Part shown: piece after piece, positions 57,180 through 64,000 of the stretch | How positions within the stretch are numbered: the first letter of the stretch is position 1 | Layout of the letters: every line of letters starts with the position of its first letter | NCBI GenBank assembly: GCA_963664705.1 | Contig: OY761556.1 | Span: 6,400,001 to 6,464,000, forward strand | DNA length: 64,000 nt | Reading direction: 5' to 3' | Origin: Acidobacteriota bacterium | GTDB lineage: Bacteria; Acidobacteriota; UBA6911 | Position numbers and translations under genes: made by a program | The notes under the pieces: generated by a model | Told to the model about the DNA's origin: nothing | Seen by the model: only the letters and a program-made list of their open reading frames with translations | Databases searched by the model: none

Positions 57180-58160
57180 ATGCAGAAACGGATTGTCGTG
57201 ACAGGTGGAGCGGGCTTTATCGGCAGCAATTTGGTTGCCGCCCTCAACGCACGAGGCATGGACAATATTCTCATTGTCGATCACCTGGCTGATTCCGAAA
57301 AATGGAAGAACCTGGTGGGATTGCGTTATGAGGATTATCTGGACAGAGAAAAGTTTTTGGCAGCCATTCAGCGGAACACTCTGCCTGCAATAGAGACGGC
57401 ATTCCATTTTGGAGCCTGCACATCGACCACTGAAACGAATGCCGACTATCTCATGCGCAATAATTTCGAATATTCGCGAAGCCTCTGTGAATGGGCGCTC
57501 AATAACGATGTGCGCTTTATTATCGCATCCAGCGCCGCCTCCTATGGTGATGGGCAAACGGGATACTCCGATGATGATTCGCACACTGCGAAGCTCTACC
57601 CGCTTAATATGTATGGATATTCGAAGCATCTCTTTGACCTCTGGGCTCTCCGGAATGGCCTGTATAACAAGTTCGCCGGACTCAAATTCTTCAATGTCTA
57701 TGGACCTGGCGAAGACCATAAGGGCGATATGAGTTCTGTTGTCCTGAAGGCCTTCCACCAGATTGTAAATTCCGGCGAGGTCAGTCTTTTCAAATCCCAC
57801 AATCCTGAATATAGCGATGGAGAGCAGCTGCGCGATTTCATCTATGTAAAAGATGCCGTGGCTGTCGCTCTCTTTCTCTTTGATCGGCGTGAGGTTTGTG
57901 GCTTGTTCAACTGCGGGACAGGTGCGGCACGAACATGGCTGGATCTGGTGCATGCAGTATTTCGCGCGATGGACAGAAAGCCGAAAATTCAGTTTGTTGA
58001 TATTCCAGACGGCATTCGGGCGAAATACCAATATTTCACAAAAGCAGAGATGACGAAACTTCGGTCGGCCGGCTTTCTGGAGCCCTTTATGTCGATTGAA
58101 GACGGTGTCCTGCACTATGTGCAGAACTATCTTCAGCGCACCGCAAGAAAGGCAGAATAA
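57180..58160 (+). CDS. hldD: ADP-L-glycero-D-manno-heptose 6-epimerase-like extended SDR
   Basis: TGGAGFIGSN, HFGACTSTTE, ASSAASYG, PLNMYGYSK and FFNVYGP. Confidence 0.85.
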   Translation: MQKRIVVTGGAGFIGSNLVAALNARGMDNILIVDHLADSEKWKNLVGLRYEDYLDREKFLAAIQRNTLPAIETAFHFGACTSTTETNADYLMRNNFEYSRSLCEWALNNDVRFIIASSAASYGDGQTGYSDDDSHTAKLYPLNMYGYSKHLFDLWALRNGLYNKFAGLKFFNVYGPGEDHKGDMSSVVLKAFHQIVNSGEVSLFKSHNPEYSDGEQLRDFIYVKDAVAVALFLFDRREVCGLFNCGTGAARTWLDLVHAVFRAMDRKPKIQFVDIPDGIRAKYQYFTKAEMTKLRSAGFLEPFMSIEDGVLHYVQNYLQRTARKAE

Positions 58161-59284
58161 TGGCTCAGAAATCGAGGCAGCGGAATGCTGTCGGGAATGC
58201 AGAATTGTGTTATCAGCCTTTGGATGCGGATCATTCCAAACTAAAAGATGAACTGCTCTCTGCTCCGGTCAAACCAGTGACGATTTCGCAGAATATGCGA
58301 GTCGGTGACTTAGTCAGAGCAATGGCCGACATGTCCATCCAGGCTCGGAACCTCGGTAACTGCGCTAATGTCTTGGAAAAGTTGTACGAGGATCCCAAGC
58401 GCCCGACCATTATGCTGGGCCTCGCCGGGCCGCTTATTGCAGCAGGATTACGCAACGTGATCCGGGATTTGATCGTTTGCGGCTATGTGGATGTCGTCGT
58501 TTCAACCGGCGCCATTTTGTATCAGGATATCTATCAGGCTCGCGGTTACAGGCATTATCAAGGTTCGCCTGTGGCAGACGACTGCATTCTGCGGGATCTC
58601 TATATTGACCGTATTTACGATACCTACGTGGATGAGGAAAAATTCTGGGAAACCGACAAATGGTGTGGCCAGGTGGCGGATGAACTGGGAGACGTCAGTG
58701 TCTCAAGCCGGCAATTCATGGATCATCTGGGAAGCAAGCTGACGGATGAGAACTCCATGGTTTATCAATGCTATAAGCACGGTATTCCAATCTACTGCCC
58801 GGCTCTTAATGACTCATCCATCGGGATCGGCTTAACACACCATCGTCATCGAGTCCGGAGCGAGCATCGAGCGGGCGTAACCATTGATTCGATACAAGAC
58901 AATTATGAGTTAACTCAGATTGTGGTGAAGAGTCCCGGAACTGCGGCAATCTATGTTGCCGGCGGGATTCCCAAAAACTTCATCAATGATTCCGTAGTCA
59001 TGAGCTACATCTTCGGCCTGAACCGGGGCCATGACTACGCAGTTCAGCTGACAACGGCCGTGGTCCATGATGGAGGGCTTTCTTCGAGCACATTGGGGGA
59101 AGCCCAATCATGGGGCAAGGTGGCAAAAGATGCCACGCATGCTATGGCGTGGATTGAGCCCAGCGTTTCACTTCCCTTGCTCACAGCGTTCTTGTTCTCC
59201 CGATTTAAAATTCCATCGAGGCCAAAGCTAACATACAAATGGCGGGATGGCGTTTTAAAGCAGCTGCGTGCAAGCTGCGGATAG
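58160..59284 (+). CDS. Deoxyhypusine-synthase-like (homospermidine synthase-type) protein
   Basis: VVSTGA, PALNDSSIG, GGIPKNF, DGGLS and EAQSWGK (catalytic Lys). Confidence 0.88.
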   Translation: MAQKSRQRNAVGNAELCYQPLDADHSKLKDELLSAPVKPVTISQNMRVGDLVRAMADMSIQARNLGNCANVLEKLYEDPKRPTIMLGLAGPLIAAGLRNVIRDLIVCGYVDVVVSTGAILYQDIYQARGYRHYQGSPVADDCILRDLYIDRIYDTYVDEEKFWETDKWCGQVADELGDVSVSSRQFMDHLGSKLTDENSMVYQCYKHGIPIYCPALNDSSIGIGLTHHRHRVRSEHRAGVTIDSIQDNYELTQIVVKSPGTAAIYVAGGIPKNFINDSVVMSYIFGLNRGHDYAVQLTTAVVHDGGLSSSTLGEAQSWGKVAKDATHAMAWIEPSVSLPLLTAFLFSRFKIPSRPKLTYKWRDGVLKQLRASCG

Positions 59285-59468
59285 CTCCCTTTCCTGCAGC
59301 TTGCACATCTGAAAATATTTCCGCTATCGCAAATAGTGATGTCTCCCGCTGCCGCCGAATTCACCGTAGCCGAGACAACAGTTCTTGAAATCTGCACCCT
59401 GAACCACACGGGCATCGATCATTGCACCCGAGTTTGTCGGCGAGATCCTTGTTGCAGTGAATAAAACT

Positions 59469-59494
59469 AACCTAAAGTGATCGGGCTTTAGGTT
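59469..59494. terminator. Hairpin between convergent transcription units
   Basis: AACCTAAAG-N8-CTTTAGGTT. Confidence 0.4.
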
Positions 59495-59534
59495 TGATGT
59501 CGAATGCTACTAACAAAGTTCGCCGATGGGGCCG

Positions 59535-61283
59535 TCATGGAACCGTTTCTGTCGAATTAATCGAAGGTATAGCAGCGCGCTCGGAATCGGCCAGGGCAGC
59601 TTCTATAAGTTCACGAACTTCGCCGGCCTGACAGACAAGAATCAAACGGTGACGGGCTCGAGTCCATGCCACATAGAGATCTGTTGGAGTGAATAAGGCG
59701 CCAAATTCAGCAAGGCCATAAGCGATAATGACATCGGCTTCGAGGCCCTTGAAAGCCCGCGCGGTCGTAACGAGGACTCCAGCACCTAGCCGCCAGTCGA
59801 TTGCCTCGTCGACGATTGGTATTCCATTCACCTCATTGTGCTGTGCCAATGAGGACTTACCGTATGCTGCTGGACCAATGATCGCCAATTGCTGTGGTCG
59901 GATGCCTTGTTGAAGCAACTGACGAGTCTCGGCAAGCACGAGCCCTGCCTCAACAGCGGTTGACGCCGCGCGCCTAATCGCAGGTACTTCACCAGAAGGA
60001 GATCCGGGAAGCAGACGAATATCAATATGTGCAAGGGACGCCCCGCTTAGCGCTATAGCCTTAGTGTTTCGGCAGTTTGTTGTAAGTCGGAAACGTGTCG
60101 GGAGAGACACCGGGGGCGGCTTCACAATGCCACGCAGGCTTTGGTTTATGTCGAGAAAAGCGTAGAGGCGGGCAGCCTTCCCGACTCGTGATAGAGACTC
60201 GATGGTTATCCACCAATCAGGAGCAAAGTCCTGAGCCTCGTCCACAACAACGGCATCGAATAAATTGGCTTGTCCTCGCGCACGCAGGACTTCGATCGCC
60301 TGCTCCATAATTAGTGGAACTTCATCGTCCCAGAATGCCTGCTCTCCTGTGCTCGGCACATCAAAGCCGACACCTGCACGACGAGCAAGGCTATGGGCAT
60401 ATGAGTGAAACGTTGAAATTTCCAACAACCCGCATGCACGTTTGGCTCTCGGATCGAACCTAACTTGTTCTTGGAGCCACGCACATAGATGGCGGTTGTA
60501 GCAAAAGAACAAGACATGTTCACCGCGATCGGCGAGAGTGAGTGCAAATTCTATGGCGAGAAGCGTTTTGCCTGACCCAGCAGTGCCCTCGATGAGAACG
60601 CGCTCGTTTTCAATCAGCCCCAGCAATGTTTCGCGTTGGTCAAGCGTGATCTGGACGATCCGCTGATGCTCTGCGCTTACCTCCGCTCCGGTGCAGCGCA
60701 TTAGACGTAGTTTCGGCATTAGAGCATCGAGTAATTCAGAGAACTGATTTGGTGCTAGATGTGTCTTGTTGCGCGCCCAAGCTTTGAATGCCTCTTCGAT
60801 CCGAGTAGGGAACTTCGGGATGTCAGATGCATCAATGAGAATTCGAGGATCACTATTAAGGGGGAGTGTCCCTGTAAATCTGACATGCGGGAATACGACT
60901 ACATCGCCATGGGCGAAGAGTCCTCGATGAATCCGCCCGCGGGTTCGCTCCTCGATCGCCTCTAGAAGGGCGTATCGACTACGACGGGCTTGATCGAACG
61001 GGTCTCGCAGTTCCTTCCCTGCCCGTGACCACTTGCGCTCTATTAACACTGGCATTCCGCCTTTGACCTCAAGGATCAAAAGGCCCCGTTCAGGATGCAG
61101 AATGACGAAGTCGGCCTCACCCTCGCGAAGCGGCTCTCCCGCTAGATCACGCGTGGGGCGAAGCCAAGGAAACGAATGTAAGATAACAAATCCCGTCGGT
61201 AGATCGCGAAGCGCTTCATACACGATTCTCTCTGAGTCGTATATGATGTCCTCTGGTGATACGTCTGGTATTAGCCGAGCCAT
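59535..61283 (-). CDS. NERD nuclease fused to an SF1 (UvrD-like) helicase
   Basis: SE...EADFVILHPERGLLILEVKGG; GTAGSGKT, VVDEAQD, NCRNT, FKGLE and YVAWTRA. Confidence 0.88.
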   Translation of the reverse strand: MARLIPDVSPEDIIYDSERIVYEALRDLPTGFVILHSFPWLRPTRDLAGEPLREGEADFVILHPERGLLILEVKGGMPVLIERKWSRAGKELRDPFDQARRSRYALLEAIEERTRGRIHRGLFAHGDVVVFPHVRFTGTLPLNSDPRILIDASDIPKFPTRIEEAFKAWARNKTHLAPNQFSELLDALMPKLRLMRCTGAEVSAEHQRIVQITLDQRETLLGLIENERVLIEGTAGSGKTLLAIEFALTLADRGEHVLFFCYNRHLCAWLQEQVRFDPRAKRACGLLEISTFHSYAHSLARRAGVGFDVPSTGEQAFWDDEVPLIMEQAIEVLRARGQANLFDAVVVDEAQDFAPDWWITIESLSRVGKAARLYAFLDINQSLRGIVKPPPVSLPTRFRLTTNCRNTKAIALSGASLAHIDIRLLPGSPSGEVPAIRRAASTAVEAGLVLAETRQLLQQGIRPQQLAIIGPAAYGKSSLAQHNEVNGIPIVDEAIDWRLGAGVLVTTARAFKGLEADVIIAYGLAEFGALFTPTDLYVAWTRARHRLILVCQAGEVRELIEAALADSERAAIPSINSTETVP

Positions 61284-64000
61284 CAGGGGGCCTCATCGGC
61301 GTGACATACAATTGTGGCAGCAGGTGTAAGCATCCCGCGATCGATTCTCTCGGGACGAAACTCCTTTCCAGTTGCACTTCCATAGGATATTTGGAGGCGA
61401 GGCGGAGAGTTCTCGTCGCCAGGCAAATCTTTTGCATGAGCGATCGTCCAGTCCGTTTGCGTGACGCCAAATTTCCCCCGCGATCGCAGAATTACTACCC
61501 AGGCATCCGAGCCCAGATCTCCTGCAGAGAATGGACGGACGACAAGCCATCCCCCTGCATTATAGCCGGCATTCTTGAGACCGGGGCTGGGGATGCGAAT
61601 CGCAAAGCTGCCATCAACGCTGTCAACGCTAACTAAAAGCCTCACCTTTCCATGAGTTTCGGTAGCGTTCGCAGCCCTAAGGTCCTTTACAGGTAGCTCA
61701 ACGACACGACTCTTTGACACGGCCTGATTTGCTGGGCTAAATGCGAAAGCACTCGACGCACTACTCATTCCAATGGCTTGTTGGTACGCGGACGGCAGAT
61801 CATGTTCGACAAGATAGTCTGGCAGGATTATGCGCTGCGAATTGCCACGCGACGCGGTTGGATGATTCCTCTCGGCTACATCATTTGCGATGAGCGCGGG
61901 ATAAATGCCGACCGTCATTGAACGCGGGCCGTTGCAGCATAAGGCTCCGCTGGCATCGGTAGCAGTGGCCCAACCTTCAAGCTCAAGAAAGCGCGCTAAG
62001 GGGCGCAAAGATCGAGACTGCTCAGTGGCAGAGGCGAATGGTGGAGTCGTCGCTGTGCGGAAGAACCGAAGCAATTGGAGAGCGAGACGGCGATCCAGCC
62101 GACTGTGGAGGAAGCGATTGCCGTAGTGGCGAAGACATTTTGTACATGATCGCTCGCACTGCCCGGGGCATTCTCTCAGTAGATCCTCCGTCCTGTCGAG
62201 GATCTGCTGCAACTGCCCGCCTGCTTCGGCCGAATAGCCGGCACCGCCCGATGCCGTATCAAATAAATATATCTCTGCGACGCCTTCATCTCCTTCGGCA
62301 AGTGCTGGCAGTAATCGATATCCGGCAGAGAGTTCACCTGGATCGATGTCGAGATGGAGACTGGCTCCGAGAGAGAGAGCCTCTGCAAGGGTCGTAAGAG
62401 CGTCATATATCCAAGGCTGTTCGGGCTGGAAGTCCAGCGGGCGACGGAATGCGCCGCGTAGTAACAACAGGTCGGTTCTGAAGTCATGCACCATGAACAG
62501 GCCGCGTCGCACCTCTCCATTGCATTTATTGCCAGCTCCGTCGCGATCCAGGATATGTTTTGGAATGAGAAATGGACGAACATGAGAACCTTCGGGTTCA
62601 TCTCCATCGATCCAAGCTGCACCACAACTTTCACATACGCTGAAGCCAGCAGCATCTTTCCCTTTGTTGGCAACGACCAATTGGACATCCTCGCCATATG
62701 CGTGGCTTAGGTTGATGCCGGGTCCCTCTCGCCAATCGAATTCTTCACGACCAGCAATTTCGGGAAGCTGCGCCGAAGAAGCGAATGTAATGTCCTGTTC
62801 GCGATCTCCCTCGCGAAGGGGTTGCGCAGCTTCTGGCGAGAAAGCAGGTGGGTCGAGATATTCTCGCACGAAAAGAGGCGTCTTGCACACCGGGCACGGT
62901 GAGCCTTCGATTGTGCGGACAGGAGCACTTCCATCTTCAATTGATATAAAGGAACACCGCGAACACCCGACGTAGCGACTGAGTGGTTTAGAGAAAAGCA
63001 CTGTTGCAGGTGCAGCAGATGGCTGTCCGTCAACAAAAATACCACCGACGCGATATGTCTGTTTGTTTACGACCAGAAGACGACCAGGTGCATACTCACT
63101 CAGAGCTTGTGACTTCCCAAGTTGAGGCCGCTCCGCTATGTTGACTCGCCAACGCGAGTTGCTTTTATCCCACTCCTGAATAACGAAACTGCAGAGGTCT
63201 GTGGGAAAGGCGTAAGATGGGAGGAGTCCATGATCAAAGAAGAGGTCGAGAAGGCCTCGGGCGTCGTCATTGTTCACGCCTGCCTCGCCTGTTTCCGCTT
63301 GAACTGGCAAAGCCTCGCGATATTCATTGCGAATCTCAGTGAGCCTGTAGAGCAGCGTATCGGCTATCTTACGCACGAAAATCTGTCTCTCATCGGCAAG
63401 TCCGGTTTTAAAAATAGCTGCGGGAAGCCAATTTGCCACTTCCTTCACAACGGCACTCTTTGGCGTAAGCACGGTATGCTGCATCCATTGTTCGAATTCT
63501 GAAAATGAGAACTCACTCATTGCTATGAAGAAGTCATCCGCGCTGCCAAATGCACTCATAATATTGGGGCGTTGTTCAGCAATCTTGGCTTGCCCTTCAA
63601 CGGAGAGAGCATCCAGCCGCGAATGGAAGAAAGTCTGGAGCAGATATGAGTTTACGTGTCGCCGTGCAAGTCGGGGGTTATCGGCTTTCAATCGGGGTTC
63701 TCGTGGTGCACCGCTGATTATCGCATCGGGGTGGGCAAAGTAGTGAGCATCATGTGCCCCACCCTGAGCGAACATGAGGACTGACGAGACTGACATGCCG
63801 CGACGTCCAGCTCGCCCGGCTCGTTGTTGGTAATTCTCGCGCTGAGGCGGAACTGTTCGGAGCCCGACTGCTGTGAGTGAACCGATGTCGATGCCGACCT
63901 CCATTGTTGTCGTGCAACTCAGGATATCCACGGGGGGCTGGTCAGCACCCAGTTGCACATCTTGGAAGCGAAGCTCAAACTCCTCAGTCGTTGCATAGAC
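61283..64000 (-). CDS. Large SF2 DEAD/DEAH helicase with DUF1998 Zn-binding domain, 5'-truncated (DruE-like)
   Basis: Frame is open to the window edge; [41 protein letters not shown] and [13 protein letters not shown]. Confidence 0.85.
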   Translation of the reverse strand, partial: VYATTEEFELRFQDVQLGADQPPVDILSCTTTMEVGIDIGSLTAVGLRTVPPQRENYQQRAGRAGRRGMSVSSVLMFAQGGAHDAHYFAHPDAIISGAPREPRLKADNPRLARRHVNSYLLQTFFHSRLDALSVEGQAKIAEQRPNIMSAFGSADDFFIAMSEFSFSEFEQWMQHTVLTPKSAVVKEVANWLPAAIFKTGLADERQIFVRKIADTLLYRLTEIRNEYREALPVQAETGEAGVNNDDARGLLDLFFDHGLLPSYAFPTDLCSFVIQEWDKSNSRWRVNIAERPQLGKSQALSEYAPGRLLVVNKQTYRVGGIFVDGQPSAAPATVLFSKPLSRYVGCSRCSFISIEDGSAPVRTIEGSPCPVCKTPLFVREYLDPPAFSPEAAQPLREGDREQDITFASSAQLPEIAGREEFDWREGPGINLSHAYGEDVQLVVANKGKDAAGFSVCESCGAAWIDGDEPEGSHVRPFLIPKHILDRDGAGNKCNGEVRRGLFMVHDFRTDLLLLRGAFRRPLDFQPEQPWIYDALTTLAEALSLGASLHLDIDPGELSAGYRLLPALAEGDEGVAEIYLFDTASGGAGYSAEAGGQLQQILDRTEDLLRECPGQCERSCTKCLRHYGNRFLHSRLDRRLALQLLRFFRTATTPPFASATEQSRSLRPLARFLELEGWATATDASGALCCNGPRSMTVGIYPALIANDVAERNHPTASRGNSQRIILPDYLVEHDLPSAYQQAIGMSSASSAFAFSPANQAVSKSRVVELPVKDLRAANATETHGKVRLLVSVDSVDGSFAIRIPSPGLKNAGYNAGGWLVVRPFSAGDLGSDAWVVILRSRGKFGVTQTDWTIAHAKDLPGDENSPPRLQISYGSATGKEFRPERIDRGMLTPAATIVCHADEAP

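Noticed and set aside
57123-58115. 330-aa minus-strand ORF
   Set aside because: It is the antisense shadow of the hldD-like gene and has no recognisable motifs.

Overview
Accessory DNA from what is probably an anaerobic diderm bacterium (TonB receptors, class III RNR, anaerobic bza pathway). A 49-bp 3' fragment of a CAT-anticodon tRNA at 1474-1522 marks an att site. Its orientation places the DNA to the right inside an integrative element, although the far boundary is not visible. The element begins with parA, a Rep-like gene containing internal 18-bp iterons, and an AbiE-type toxin-antitoxin pair. Cargo 1 (about 6.4-42 kb) is a cobamide salvage, remodelling and lower-ligand island with seven cobalamin riboswitches. 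It holds a late cob operon with no corrin-ring genes, led by tonB, a two-gene nitrogenase-like reductase (NifH-NifD-like fusion plus NifK-like) and an ABC-2 exporter. It also holds cbiZ (two copies), a nitrilase/TIM-barrel/CblS operon, btuBFCD, bzaFCDE and nrdDG. An IS630 separates this from cargo 2 (43.7-59.3 kb), a NikR module with four predicted NikR boxes. Cargo 2 contains a Gate-domain protein, a TPR-like protein, a methanogen-type DUF2117 protein, two TonB receptors, a nik-type ABC importer, a methyltransferase, nikR, and an hldD-like plus deoxyhypusine-synthase-like pair. The right end holds a DUF1998 helicase and a NERD-SF1 helicase (likely defence). The best candidates for undescribed biology are the B12-riboswitch-controlled nitrogenase-like reductase, the nitrilase/TIM-barrel/CblS remodelling operon and the NikR-controlled DUF2117/DHS module. 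All family calls are by-eye motif recognition, not database searches.
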